Virus record (IMG/VR): IMGVR_UViG_3300028595_000007 | Coordinates: 1 to 36,206 of that record | Strand: one strand, 5' to 3' | DNA length: 36,206 nucleotides | From: a virus | Shown here: positions 19,366-29,208 of the stretch, in pieces | Numbering within the stretch: position 1 is the stretch's first letter | Layout: each line of letters starts with the position of its first letter | The notes under the pieces: generated by a model | What the model was told of the DNA's origin: nothing | Database searches by the model: none | The model's input: only the letters and a program-made list of their open reading frames with translations | Made by a program: the position numbers and the translations under genes

Positions 19366-21234
19366 ATGGAAGAAACTAAGTACATTTATGAGTTACCAAC
19401 AAACACTGTTCAAGGTGACACCGACAAGGGAATAGTCAAAAGAATGTTGGAAACTATTGAGTATGGGAAAAGAATTAATGATGACAGAAAAGAAGAACTA
19501 CAAGAAATCCAAAACGCTTATGAGAATGCCTTTGCAGTGGAAGAGCAAGAAGGGAGTAGGTTCATGTACTCCACCCTCTTAATGACCATGTGCAAAAAGG
19601 TATACGAGAGATTAGATTTGCTTAACTGGGATATAAACTTTTACGCTAAAGATCCTATTGATGAGGATGAGATCAGGAAAAAAGTAATTTCAGGACTAAA
19701 AAGAAGAGGATTAAACGACGAAGAAGCTGAAAGACAATACTTATTAGACTTAGAAACAAGACTAGAGAGAGAAGATGAAGAAGGAAAGATCATGCCAGCA
19801 ATAGCAAAGGCTGCAATTCAAGAAGTAATGCAAAAAGGAGGTTTTAGTTCAGTAATTAAAGAATCTAAAGATTCAGCTTATTCTAGATCAGTATCAATTG
19901 GTGATTCATTTATACAAATTAACCCACAAGAAGGCGATTATCCTATTGAGTACGAAATAGTATCACAAGAAAACGTATTAATTGATCCACAAGCTATTCA
20001 AATAAGAGGTGCAGCATCAGGAAGAAATTTAGAGCGTGTAGCTTTGATATATAACTATACTTATGACAACTATGTAGATAAAGTAGTTAATAAACTAGAA
20101 GGTAAAGCCAAACAAAGAGCTTTAAATGTTCAATGGGGAGAATTACCCATTACTGTTGATAAAGATGAAAAATTTAATGAAAGAGATAATGAAATAGAAG
20201 ATGATAGAATTGGGCAAGTATGTATGTATGTTGATATTCCAGCTAGAGAGGTAGTTTGGGCAGCAGGAAGTGCAGCAACAATTATTAAAAGAGAAAAAGG
20301 AGATGATTTCCCATTCATAAAAGACAAAAAACCTTATATCCCACTAGCACACTTTATGGCTATGCCTTCAACTAAAGGCTTCCACAACAAAGGAGTTGGG
20401 CATTACATGTATCAAAAGAATTATATCGATGAGTTAGTAAAGAATAAAACAATATCATCAGTTCTTAAAAGAATAGATCCTTACTGGATAATAGACACTA
20501 CACCAGAAAACAGTTCTAATTTAATCTCTCAGTTCTATGCAGCAGATGAAGCAGCATCAAAAGGAGAACCTGCTATTATTATTAATGAAGTAAGACCAGG
20601 GCAACAAGGGATAGGAAATGTACAATCATTATCAGGAGAAGCCCCAAGTGATATTGGTGCAGTAGTAGAAAATATTTTAACTAAAGACATCGTAGAGTTT
20701 GGTATTTCACCATCAGAAACTCAAACACAATCAACCAAAACAGCTACAGCAATATTGAGTGAACAAGAAAATGCAAATACTCTAGTTAGGGAGATAGCAA
20801 AGAGAATAGCTCCTGAATATAGATTTTTAATTGAAATAACTATCGAATACATGAAAAAACTTATCTCAACACGAAGTAAAGTAAGATTTGATACCTCTAA
20901 CATAGAGCCTGCTAATTTGGCACAAAGATTATTATTAAGATCTGTAACTTTAGGTAGAGTTGTAGAGTTCTTAAAAAAACATAATTATAGAATTAAAATG
21001 GACTCTTTAAGTGGTATAATTCCTACTAATGCAGTTGAGGCAGCAAGATTAATGGAAGCATACCAATTAGCAGCTGCAACACCAGCTGGGGCAAGAATAC
21101 TTCAAAAGATGTTAGCTTTAAGAAATATTAACTATGATGTTTCTGACTTAACAATTCAACAACAAGAGCCAGAACAGCCTGGAATGCCAGGAGAAGGTCA
21201 AGAATTAATTCAACAAGAAAATCAATTTGTTTAA
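19366..21234 (+). CDS. Portal protein
   Basis: 622 aa, immediately after terL and before scaffold and capsid. It has an acidic Q/E-rich C-terminus. The call is positional and by size. Confidence 0.65.
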   Translation: MEETKYIYELPTNTVQGDTDKGIVKRMLETIEYGKRINDDRKEELQEIQNAYENAFAVEEQEGSRFMYSTLLMTMCKKVYERLDLLNWDINFYAKDPIDEDEIRKKVISGLKRRGLNDEEAERQYLLDLETRLEREDEEGKIMPAIAKAAIQEVMQKGGFSSVIKESKDSAYSRSVSIGDSFIQINPQEGDYPIEYEIVSQENVLIDPQAIQIRGAASGRNLERVALIYNYTYDNYVDKVVNKLEGKAKQRALNVQWGELPITVDKDEKFNERDNEIEDDRIGQVCMYVDIPAREVVWAAGSAATIIKREKGDDFPFIKDKKPYIPLAHFMAMPSTKGFHNKGVGHYMYQKNYIDELVKNKTISSVLKRIDPYWIIDTTPENSSNLISQFYAADEAASKGEPAIIINEVRPGQQGIGNVQSLSGEAPSDIGAVVENILTKDIVEFGISPSETQTQSTKTATAILSEQENANTLVREIAKRIAPEYRFLIEITIEYMKKLISTRSKVRFDTSNIEPANLAQRLLLRSVTLGRVVEFLKKHNYRIKMDSLSGIIPTNAVEAARLMEAYQLAAATPAGARILQKMLALRNINYDVSDLTIQQQEPEQPGMPGEGQELIQQENQFV

Positions 21235-21235
21235 T

Positions 21236-21562
21236 ATGAATAAAATACTTAAAAAACTTAGGGACTTTAAATTACTTCTTAAAAGGTTATTTACTAGACC
21301 TAATTTCACCAAAATAAGAAAATACACTCAAGCATCTAATAAAAAGTATTTATGCGAAAGAGTATTAAACGATAGAACAGTTGTGGCTGATTTTGGATTA
21401 TTCTATCGTACACACAAAGAAAATTTAGACACAGTACTATTTTACCTAAATTATACTTATCGTGGCACAGCGGACAATCTCGTATCATTTTTAGCTAGTT
21501 GCGACCAAGAAAGTAAGATATATCAAAGAGAAGTTCCAAATAAAAAGAAGTCTATTCTTTAA
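21236..21562 (+). CDS. Hypothetical basic protein (108 aa from ATG 21236)
   Basis: The track ORF starts at TTG 21227 inside the portal gene. The first ATG is at 21236, just after the portal stop. Confidence 0.5.
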   Translation: MNKILKKLRDFKLLLKRLFTRPNFTKIRKYTQASNKKYLCERVLNDRTVVADFGLFYRTHKENLDTVLFYLNYTYRGTADNLVSFLASCDQESKIYQREVPNKKKSIL

Positions 21563-21564
21563 AT

Positions 21565-21594
21565 TTGACAAAAGTATCTAACTAAGCATAAAAT
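21565..21594 (+). promoter_or_regulatory. Sigma70-type promoter upstream of the capsid-gene leader
   Basis: TTGACA (21565..21570), an 18-nt spacer and TAAAAT (21589..21594). Confidence 0.4.
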
Positions 21595-21618
21595 ATTAAT
21601 AGATCTTTAAAAGCCTTA

Positions 21619-21702
21619 TCAACCACATGATTGAGACGCTCAGTTAGCGTCAAAGTTTGTGGTTGAGCTTTGGCGTTGACTGAGATTTTCAATCTCATTT
21701 TT
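21619..21702 (+). promoter_or_regulatory. Structured leader with alternative helices and a terminator hairpin upstream of the scaffold/capsid genes
   Basis: Four helices are possible. A 9-bp helix pairs 21619..21627 with 21658..21666. A 5-bp hairpin pairs 21635..21639 with 21647..21651. A 15-bp helix pairs 21639..21653 with 21670..21684 (3 G-U pairs). A terminator hairpin tgagatt/aatctca at 21681..21697 is followed by TTTTT. Confidence 0.45.
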
Positions 21703-21721
21703 GATCTTTTACTACAATAAA

Positions 21722-22363
21722 ATGACATCAAAAGATGAGCTAAATGACATCGGAAACGATGAGCAGGAAGACATCAGTACTGATGAGCAACCTGCAAACT
21801 CAAGCGACTCTCATAAAGAGAAAGTTGCTATGGGGATTGCTAGATCTGAGGCTAAAAAGTTTCTCCAAGGTGAAAAGAAAGAATCTGAAATTCCTAGTTG
21901 GGTTCGTGAAGATGCTATGCAAATTGCTAACGAAATCCAAGGCAAAGATAGTAAGTATGAACAACTAGAAAAGAAGATTAAGGAACTGGAAGAGAAAGCT
22001 AATAGCACAGAAAAAGCAATTAACGAGAAGGAATCTAAAAAGGTTCTTAATAACTTTCTTAAAGATTATGGAATCGAAGAAAACGAATTTAGAAAGAATC
22101 ATGAAGAAGACTTCTTATCTGGAATTAAAAAATTCGAGAAGGCAGGGTTCAGTAGAGCTGAGGCTACAGAGTATATACTTGCTCGCATAGCCAAAGGGTA
22201 CTCTAAAGAAAAGAGAGATATAGTTAAAAACTCTTCAAAGCTAAGTTTACCTTCTTCTAGTGAAGAAAATAAGAACTTAGACATTAAAGAGGTAACTGAA
22301 AGCAATATCGATCGTCTTTCTGCGGAAGATCTCTTCAAAATAGCTCAAGGTGGTAGAAGATAA
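21722..22363 (+). CDS. Scaffolding protein (213 aa from ATG 21722)
   Basis: Acidic, K/E-rich and coiled-coil-like, located between portal and major capsid. The track start at 21701 is a TTG inside the terminator T-run. Confidence 0.55.
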   Translation: MTSKDELNDIGNDEQEDISTDEQPANSSDSHKEKVAMGIARSEAKKFLQGEKKESEIPSWVREDAMQIANEIQGKDSKYEQLEKKIKELEEKANSTEKAINEKESKKVLNNFLKDYGIEENEFRKNHEEDFLSGIKKFEKAGFSRAEATEYILARIAKGYSKEKRDIVKNSSKLSLPSSSEENKNLDIKEVTESNIDRLSAEDLFKIAQGGRR

Positions 22364-22392
22364 ATTAATTTTTATCTTTTATTTAAAAAAAA

Positions 22393-23616
22393 ATGGCTAA
22401 TACAACTTCTGGAGGATATGAAACACTTATGTCAAAAATGGTGCAAAAATTCCTCTACAAAAGACCTGTTTTCTCAAAACTAGCTTCTTTTGCTGAAAAC
22501 AACACTTTAACTAAAGGTGTCTCTGTAAATCGACCTTACAGAAATAATTTAGTTGGTTTTACTTCTGATTACACTGCTAATACAGACGTAACAGCAACAG
22601 ATTGGAGTTTAACTCAATCTACTTTATCTATTAGCGAATCTAAAGCTGTATCAATTCAAGTTGATCCAGTTGAAGATAAGCAATTAATAACTACCCCTGG
22701 TAATGCTCAAGCTTTATGGGCTTCAAACATTACTGACGCTTTATCTGAAGATATGGATAGAGACTTCTTAGATGAAGTAACTAATGCTGGCTTAGATATT
22801 GATAATGGTGACTTTGGTGGAACTGCTTCAACTCCTATTTCTCTTTCAGATCAAAATGCTGAAAAAGTATGGGGTCAAGCTCAAGCAGAACTTCAAGCTA
22901 ATGCAATCGGAAGCGGAGGACTTTACACAGTAATTGATCCTTATATGGCTAACGAAATTGCTCAACGTGGTATTGCTACTACTTTCACTCAATCTGATCG
23001 TATGTTTAATAATGGTTTTGCAGGTGGAGGATTACTAGGAATTGACACTTATATTTCTAATAACTTACCTTCAACAGTAACTTACACTTTAGCAACTGCT
23101 ATACCAGCTGCTGCTGATACTGTTACTATTAATGGTGTTACTTTCACATGGCAGACAACTCTAGGTTCAACAGCTGGTAATGTTCTTTCAGAAACTTCTG
23201 TTACTCAGTCAGCTGCTAACTTAGTTGTAGCTATCAATGCAGGCACAGGTGCAGGTTCAAAATATGTTGAACTTTCAGCTGCTAATCGTGCTAAATTAAA
23301 ATTCGCAGGTGTTTCAGCTACTAGCGCTGCTGGTGTTGTAACTATCACTGCTTACGGACGCATGAGCTTAGCTAAATCTCACGCTACTGCTGCTAACGCT
23401 GTATTTTCAGCTCAAACAGTTTATTCTATGGTTGCTCAATATGGATGTATCGATATGGTGGCTCAAATGCAACCAAATATTCAGATTAATAAAGCTACTA
23501 ATAACTTAGGTAGCACAATTCTAGGACACGCTCTATGGGGGACTAAAACTTTTGAAGATGGTGCACAACGTTTATTGAAACTATCTATTCAAGGTAGTGC
23601 AGCTATCACAGCCTAA
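22393..23616 (+). CDS. Major capsid protein
   Basis: 407 aa, after the scaffold, A/T/S/G-rich, followed by the strongest terminator in the genome. The call is positional. Confidence 0.7.
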   Translation: MANTTSGGYETLMSKMVQKFLYKRPVFSKLASFAENNTLTKGVSVNRPYRNNLVGFTSDYTANTDVTATDWSLTQSTLSISESKAVSIQVDPVEDKQLITTPGNAQALWASNITDALSEDMDRDFLDEVTNAGLDIDNGDFGGTASTPISLSDQNAEKVWGQAQAELQANAIGSGGLYTVIDPYMANEIAQRGIATTFTQSDRMFNNGFAGGGLLGIDTYISNNLPSTVTYTLATAIPAAADTVTINGVTFTWQTTLGSTAGNVLSETSVTQSAANLVVAINAGTGAGSKYVELSAANRAKLKFAGVSATSAAGVVTITAYGRMSLAKSHATAANAVFSAQTVYSMVAQYGCIDMVAQMQPNIQINKATNNLGSTILGHALWGTKTFEDGAQRLLKLSIQGSAAITA

Positions 23617-23626
23617 TAGTTAACAT

Positions 23627-23662
23627 AAGGGGGGAATATTCCCCCCTTCTTTTATATTTTTT
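23627..23662 (+). terminator. Strong intrinsic terminator after the capsid gene
   Basis: AAGGGGGG (23627..23634) pairs with CCCCCCTT (23641..23648) around the loop aatatt, followed by cttttatatttttt. Confidence 0.8.
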
Positions 23663-23671
23663 AAAAATAAC

Positions 23672-24022
23672 ATGGCACAAACAATAGGAAGCCCAATAGA
23701 AGTTATTCAAATGAAATCAGTAAAAGCTACTGCTGCAAGTGGTGCTGCTACTGCTAATGGTTATCTTTGCAGAATTACTAGTGAATCACTAACAACAGCC
23801 GCAGCTGCTGAATATACACTTACATTAACTAATGATAAGATTACAGCTGATTCTATTTTATTTGTAAGTACTCACTTAGGAACATCAACGCAAGGAACTT
23901 TAGCAACTGGTGAAGCTAAGCCATCAGCAGGGTCAGCTACTATTACAGTAACTAATACTCATGCCTCAAGTGCATTAAACGGAACTATCGTAATTGATGT
24001 TTTAGTAATTAAACCTTCTTAA
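23672..24022 (+). CDS. Small A/T/S-rich virion protein (possible capsid decoration protein)
   Basis: 116 aa with a beta-rich composition, immediately after the capsid gene. Confidence 0.4.
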   Translation: MAQTIGSPIEVIQMKSVKATAASGAATANGYLCRITSESLTTAAAAEYTLTLTNDKITADSILFVSTHLGTSTQGTLATGEAKPSAGSATITVTNTHASSALNGTIVIDVLVIKPS

Positions 24023-24032
24023 AAGGCTTATA

Positions 24033-24050
24033 CAGCTCCTTTTGGGGCTG
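24033..24050 (+). terminator. Weak hairpin after 23672..24022
   Basis: cagctcc tttt ggggctg forms 7 bp including one G-U. The T-run is displaced by aattaatc. Confidence 0.3.
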
Positions 24051-24080
24051 AATTAATCTTTTTAATTTTTTTAGATAACT

Positions 24081-24362
24081 ATGAAAGTAAGAAATAAATA
24101 CGGTATTGTCTCTATCGTTTCAGAAAAAAGAGCAAAGGAAATGATCGCTGAAGGTGGAGTATTAATCCAAGAAGTTGGGGGAACTCCTGAGAAAAAGGCT
24201 AGTAAGAAAGCTAGTAAAAAATCTGAGGGAACTCCTCAGCCTAAAGAAGATAGTAAATTTGAAGATAAAACAGACGAAGAGCTAAAAGAAATTGCAAAAG
24301 AAAAAGGAGTTAAAGGATATGCAGTTATGAAAAGAGAAACATTAATCAAAAAACTTTCTTAA
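24081..24362 (+). CDS. Small protein with a Rho-N/SAP-like C-terminal motif
   Basis: TDEELKEIAKEKGVKGYAVMKRETLIKKL resembles the Rho termination factor N-terminal (SAP-like) motif. The central linker is lysine-rich. Confidence 0.4.
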   Translation: MKVRNKYGIVSIVSEKRAKEMIAEGGVLIQEVGGTPEKKASKKASKKSEGTPQPKEDSKFEDKTDEELKEIAKEKGVKGYAVMKRETLIKKLS

Positions 24363-24376
24363 TTTTTTAAACAACA

Positions 24377-24640
24377 ATGTCAGAAATTAGAAATGACAAA
24401 AAAGTACAATTAGAAGGATGCTATCATTATGAGAACATTACACCACATGACACCAACGAGCTTGGTAATATGACTCGTGGTATCTTATTGGAATCAGATG
24501 GTGCAATTGCAGTAAGATGTCCTAAAACTGGAGAAACTGTAGTTATACCTAATCTTGCAGGTGGTATTTTACATCCAATTCAAACAAATCTTATTTTAGA
24601 CACTGGTACAACAGCAACTAGTGTTTTTGTTACTTATTAA
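24377..24640 (+). CDS. Hypothetical small structural-module protein (87 aa)
   Basis: Track ORF, tightly coupled to the next gene. Confidence 0.55.
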   Translation: MSEIRNDKKVQLEGCYHYENITPHDTNELGNMTRGILLESDGAIAVRCPKTGETVVIPNLAGGILHPIQTNLILDTGTTATSVFVTY

Positions 24641-24642
24641 TT

Positions 24643-27600
24643 ATGAGTTCAGCTCTTGGTTTAGGTATCGGCACGCCATTTATCCAATATGCAGGAGGTC
24701 TACCACAAGAAGATCTTATACAATGGTTGCTTAGCTCTGACGGAGCTACAACTACTTTAGACGGAGAAACTGTTTTATTAGACAAAAAAGGAGACCAGAC
24801 TCGTACTCTTCAACAAGGACGTGCATATCTCTTTGATGGGACCAATGATTATATAGAACTTGGATCAGGCGGAGGAATAGGAAGCACTGTAATAATGTCT
24901 GCTTGGTTTAATAGCTCAAGCGTTGCAACAGAACAAAGTATTATAAGTTTTAGACCAGCATCTGGAGACGCCAATGAGATTAGACTAAAATTAGTTAGTT
25001 CAAAAATAGAGGTAACTTTAATTGATCAAGGAGGTAGTGTTAAATATAAGAAATACTTAGGCAACACAACTCTATCAAATGATACTTGGTATAAAGTAGT
25101 TGCAGCTTTTGATGGTACTAATTTAGATATTTACCTTCAAACAGGTTTCAGCGGTACGATTGCAAAAGATACTCCTTACACTAAAACAAAAGACGATACA
25201 TTCACAATGACCGATACTACGAGAAACAGGCAAATAGGTAAATGGACTAATGGTGGTTTTTATTTTAATGGCTCAATATTTGGTGTTCAGATTGGAGATT
25301 ATTCGTTAGATAATTTAACTTCAATATTAGAAGGGGAAACTCTTGATAATTCTACTTTTAACTTCAAATGCGATGAACAAGCAGGGGCAGTATCCTACGA
25401 TTCAAGTGGAAACGAAAACCACGGAACAATAACCAATGCTACTCTTTCAACTTTCCACGCCAATCAGAATGTTTATTCTTGGCAGAATGAGGTTGGATAT
25501 AACAAGATAGAACCATTTTTCAATGGCTCAAACTCATATTTGTCTATTCCTGACTCAGACGACTGGCTTAGTGGCGGAAGTTTGTTCTCGGTCAAAGCTG
25601 ACGTAATATTTACAGGAAGTCCAACCGCTGATCAGATTTGCGGACAATACATTAGTAGCGCCTCTATTTGGTCATTTGAATTTTCACAAGATCTTAGCAG
25701 GATAAGATGTTTGGCTAAATCAGGTGGCTCTACTTATGCTAATTTTCAAGCCGTAGGTCTAAACTTACAGTTATACACTCAGTATTCAATTGAGCTTAGA
25801 ATAAATGGCACTAATTGGGGTCTTTATGTAGACGGAGATTTAAAGGCAAGTACTACCGCAACTACCAATACCCTCCCTAATTTATCTAGCAACTTTGAAA
25901 TAGGACGGAGAGGGTCTAATTCTCACTATCATGATGGCGAGATTACAAATTTGGTAGTTGAAAAAGGAGGAACAGAAGTTTTACATTTAACAACTATTAA
26001 TGGAGAAATCGTAGATCTCACTGGGAGACATACTATAACAAACAATAATGTCAGTACTTTATATCTTCCACGAGACGAATCAAGCACAGACAATGACGTA
26101 ACGGGAACAGCTCTAACTTACTCAGGCAGAGTAAAATACAACGCTGCCTTAGTAAATTCTAATGCTGCTACTTTTGATGGGACTAATGATTACATAACTA
26201 TTGGAAATCCTTCAGAATTACAAATTACAGGACAGATGACAATAGCAGGGAGAATAAATACTACGTCAACAGCAAGCCGCAGAACTGTAAGCAAAGATGA
26301 CGCTTCTTCTAATAGAAGCTACTTAGTTCAAATCACATCAACTGGAACTGTAAAGTTTGGAATATTTAGAAGCGGCTCTTTCTATAGTGTAGAAAGTACT
26401 GGGACAGTGAATGATGGAGCAGATCATCATTATGCTTGTGTGAATGATGGATCAGATTTAAAGGTTTATATTGATGGAGTTTTAGATAACACTACAGTTG
26501 GTGATGGTGGTGCTGTTGATAATGATCCAGCTGATTTTGAGATAGGGAGAGCAGGAAATGGCACAGAGTACTTATTAGGAACTGTAAGTGATATTAGGGT
26601 TTATAATACAGGATTGAGCGCAGCATCTATTTCGTCTATAAATAACAATACCTTCACAGGCAGTACTGATTTAGTTGCTTATTTCCCTCTCTCAGAAGGA
26701 GCAGGAGCAATCGCTTACGATGTTTCAGGAAACGACAATCACGGAACAATCACAAATGCTACCCTCGCTACTTTCTGGGGAACAACTCAAGACAACTTTC
26801 ATTATAATCTTTTAGAGGGACATTCTAAGTTGATGTATTTTGATGGATCAAACGACCACATAACAGTAACAGCTACATCAGATTTCCAAATGGGAAGCGG
26901 AGATTTCTCTTATAGTGTAGATGTTTATTTAGAATCTTTACCTGCTTCAAACAATTACAAGATTTTAGCTCAGCAAAGTTCAACGCAGAGAGCATTGAAC
27001 CTTGCTATTGAGACAACTGGTAAGATAAATTTTGGTATAGCATCTAATGGGTCGTCTGGTGCATCTTGGAATTTTCAACAAAGCACATCAGCTCTTGTCC
27101 CGAAAACTCATTACAGAATTACATGTATGAGAGTTGGAACAGACTTGAGATTTTATATTAATGGAGTCCTTGATAGAACTGTATCTAGTTATAGCCTTAC
27201 ACAACATGCAGCTACAAAAGACCTTGATATTGGTTATATGAACTTTGATGGAACTCCTTATTATCACTTTCCAGGATCAATTTGGAATGTAAAAATAACT
27301 AAAGGAACTTTGAGTTCAGCAGATGAAGCTTTAATAATAGCTGGAGGAGTACCGACTGGGTCTCAATTAAAAATGTATCTTCAAGGTTATGGAAATACAG
27401 ATGCTTTTTGGGTAGATCAAACAACAAATTCAAATGATGGTACTGTATCTGGTTCACCAACTTTAATACGCATTCCAGCCCTTTCAGACGGCACAGCAGA
27501 TGCGGCAGACGGAACTATATTAAATCCAGCAGGTAACTACCACAACAACGCAGAAACAGAAATAAATCAGCCTTTAGCACCAGCTTTAATCCAAGCAGAC

Positions 27601-27879
27601 ATAACTTGCAATAAAGACTTCTGGTTTAATTCTGACCAAACCGCAGCGAATGATGTTGGATATGCTGACATAGTGGCTGATGTAGCAACAGGAGATGAGC
27701 AACATGTAATATTCGCTGATGTAACTACAACTAACGAGAAGAAAAATATTGTAACTTACTTAATAGCGCAAGCAGGATCAGCACTGGCTAAGATTCAAAA
27801 GTATTTAGGAATTGTGCCAGTATTTGCACTTATATTCTCAAATTCAAATAATTCAATGTATATCCCTTTAATATTTTAA
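24643..27879 (+). CDS. Large fibre/receptor-binding-like protein with four LamG (concanavalin-A-like lectin) repeats
   Basis: Four repeats are marked by FDGTNDYIELG, FNGSNSYLSIPD, FDGTNDYITIGN and FDGSNDHITVTA. The linker D(S/V)SGN(E/D)NHGTITNATL(S/A)TF occurs twice, and (L/F)(K/R)(V/F)YI(D/N)GVLD occurs twice. Confidence 0.7.
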   Translation: MSSALGLGIGTPFIQYAGGLPQEDLIQWLLSSDGATTTLDGETVLLDKKGDQTRTLQQGRAYLFDGTNDYIELGSGGGIGSTVIMSAWFNSSSVATEQSIISFRPASGDANEIRLKLVSSKIEVTLIDQGGSVKYKKYLGNTTLSNDTWYKVVAAFDGTNLDIYLQTGFSGTIAKDTPYTKTKDDTFTMTDTTRNRQIGKWTNGGFYFNGSIFGVQIGDYSLDNLTSILEGETLDNSTFNFKCDEQAGAVSYDSSGNENHGTITNATLSTFHANQNVYSWQNEVGYNKIEPFFNGSNSYLSIPDSDDWLSGGSLFSVKADVIFTGSPTADQICGQYISSASIWSFEFSQDLSRIRCLAKSGGSTYANFQAVGLNLQLYTQYSIELRINGTNWGLYVDGDLKASTTATTNTLPNLSSNFEIGRRGSNSHYHDGEITNLVVEKGGTEVLHLTTINGEIVDLTGRHTITNNNVSTLYLPRDESSTDNDVTGTALTYSGRVKYNAALVNSNAATFDGTNDYITIGNPSELQITGQMTIAGRINTTSTASRRTVSKDDASSNRSYLVQITSTGTVKFGIFRSGSFYSVESTGTVNDGADHHYACVNDGSDLKVYIDGVLDNTTVGDGGAVDNDPADFEIGRAGNGTEYLLGTVSDIRVYNTGLSAASISSINNNTFTGSTDLVAYFPLSEGAGAIAYDVSGNDNHGTITNATLATFWGTTQDNFHYNLLEGHSKLMYFDGSNDHITVTATSDFQMGSGDFSYSVDVYLESLPASNNYKILAQQSSTQRALNLAIETTGKINFGIASNGSSGASWNFQQSTSALVPKTHYRITCMRVGTDLRFYINGVLDRTVSSYSLTQHAATKDLDIGYMNFDGTPYYHFPGSIWNVKITKGTLSSADEALIIAGGVPTGSQLKMYLQGYGNTDAFWVDQTTNSNDGTVSGSPTLIRIPALSDGTADAADGTILNPAGNYHNNAETEINQPLAPALIQADITCNKDFWFNSDQTAANDVGYADIVADVATGDEQHVIFADVTTTNEKKNIVTYLIAQAGSALAKIQKYLGIVPVFALIFSNSNNSMYIPLIF

Positions 27880-27880
27880 A

Positions 27881-28492
27881 ATGACTAATAATTTAACAAT
27901 CAAAGACGGCAATTCGGTAAGTCAAGTAATGCAAACTACTGATAACGCAGGAGTTCACTCACCTGCTCATTACTTAGTTACATCAGGTGGTGCATCAGTA
28001 GAGGTTGAACCAACTTCTAATTGTTTATGCACAATAGATATTCAGCACGCTCAGGTTCATAAAGGCAATCACTTCTTTGTTAAAAGTTTCGCCGAAATAA
28101 CAGGTGCTTCAACAACAGCTGAATTTCTAATCAAGACTGGTGCTAAGTTCCCTCACGCAAGAGTTATTGCTACTTCAAATGCTGAATTTATCATTGACAT
28201 CTACGAGGGAACAACAGTCTCAGCTGACGGAACACCCGTTACAGTATTTAATAATGACCGCAATTCAGCTACAACAGCAACAGTAAGCTTATTCACATCT
28301 CCAACAATAACAGGAGACGGAACTTTATTATGGAGATCTAAATTGGGAGATTCAGGAAATCCAGCAGGAAGTCTCCAAACAAGCCAAGAACTTATCGCAA
28401 AGGATAACGAAAACTACCTTTTAAGAATAACAAAAGTAACCTCAGGAACTCATTACATAGACTATGATTTCTTTTGGTATGAAGTAAGTTAA
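27881..28492 (+). CDS. Hypothetical virion-module protein (203 aa, beta-rich)
   Basis: Track ORF, start 1 nt after the previous stop. Confidence 0.6.
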   Translation: MTNNLTIKDGNSVSQVMQTTDNAGVHSPAHYLVTSGGASVEVEPTSNCLCTIDIQHAQVHKGNHFFVKSFAEITGASTTAEFLIKTGAKFPHARVIATSNAEFIIDIYEGTTVSADGTPVTVFNNDRNSATTATVSLFTSPTITGDGTLLWRSKLGDSGNPAGSLQTSQELIAKDNENYLLRITKVTSGTHYIDYDFFWYEVS

Positions 28493-28508
28493 TTTTTTAA
28501 TTAAAAAT

Positions 28509-28979
28509 ATGAAAGCAATTTTAAAAACAGCCGGGAAAAAAGACGATCCAATAGTCAAGGAATTGGCTGGGAACGTAGTTATTCCTGATAAACTAAAAAC
28601 AGGATTCACAAAGGAGCAATTTATCTCTCTCGTGGAAAAAGGAATCGAAATTGATAACTTTATCGGTGGAGTAGAGAAAGATGTTTCCTTCCTAGAGGAA
28701 GATGTACCAAACGTTTTTCAAAACTCAACCATCGCAGACGAGGAAACAGAAACACAGAGAAAGTGGAAAAACTATTGTGTCTATCATAAAAGTATTGATA
28801 ATAGTAAAGTCCTAATATTCATAGGGGAAAGAGATTCAAATGGTAATAGGCAAGACGTAGTACCTAATAATGAACTTCTTATCTGGATTGATCACTTTGG
28901 CATAGAGAACATAATGACTAAGCACGAATGTCAGGCTTTACTTAATAGTGATAAGTATAGCCAAGAAGAAACTATTTAA
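28509..28979 (+). CDS. Hypothetical protein (156 aa)
   Basis: Track ORF. Confidence 0.6.
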   Translation: MKAILKTAGKKDDPIVKELAGNVVIPDKLKTGFTKEQFISLVEKGIEIDNFIGGVEKDVSFLEEDVPNVFQNSTIADEETETQRKWKNYCVYHKSIDNSKVLIFIGERDSNGNRQDVVPNNELLIWIDHFGIENIMTKHECQALLNSDKYSQEETI

Positions 28980-28992
28980 TTTTTTAATTAAT

Positions 28993-29208
28993 ATGTCTAA
29001 AAAAATAACACCAACTGGCAAAATATCTAAAGAAGAACTTATAAAAAGTTCACGTGATGCTGTTTTAACAGCTTTAGCAGGTTTAGTCCCTGCATTACTA
29101 ACATTAGTAGAATCAACTGATTTCGGTGAGTATAACTTTATAATTGCTGGAATACTTGCAATGATTGCTCCTTTTGTTAATAGATTACTTAATTTAATGA
29201 GAGTCTAA
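28993..29208 (+). CDS. Holin-like small membrane protein (71 aa, 2 TM)
   Basis: ATG 28993 (MSKKITPTGK...). TM segments are AVLTALAGLVPALLTLV and FIIAGILAMIAPFV. The track start at 28948 is a TTG in the previous gene. Confidence 0.5.
   Translation: MSKKITPTGKISKEELIKSSRDAVLTALAGLVPALLTLVESTDFGEYNFIIAGILAMIAPFVNRLLNLMRV

Noticed and set aside
21701-21721. Track start codons at TTG (42, 15001, 15710, 17293, 21227, 21701, 28948, 30428).
   Set aside because: In each case the TTG lies inside the preceding gene or a regulatory hairpin, and an ATG with the standard A/T spacer follows. The exception is 15710, where the upstream open frame points to a frameshift instead. Starts were moved accordingly.
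11659-22338. Other nested track ORFs: 11659..11874(-), 17286..17483(-), 19117..19308(-), 20130..20327(-), 20721..20903(-), 21744..21968(+), 21811..22008(-) and 22099..22338(-). The same applies to 29318..29506(-), 32084..32272(-) and 34143..34403(-).
   Set aside because: Each lies wholly inside a longer, functionally recognisable or operon-consistent plus-strand CDS and has a shadow-frame composition.
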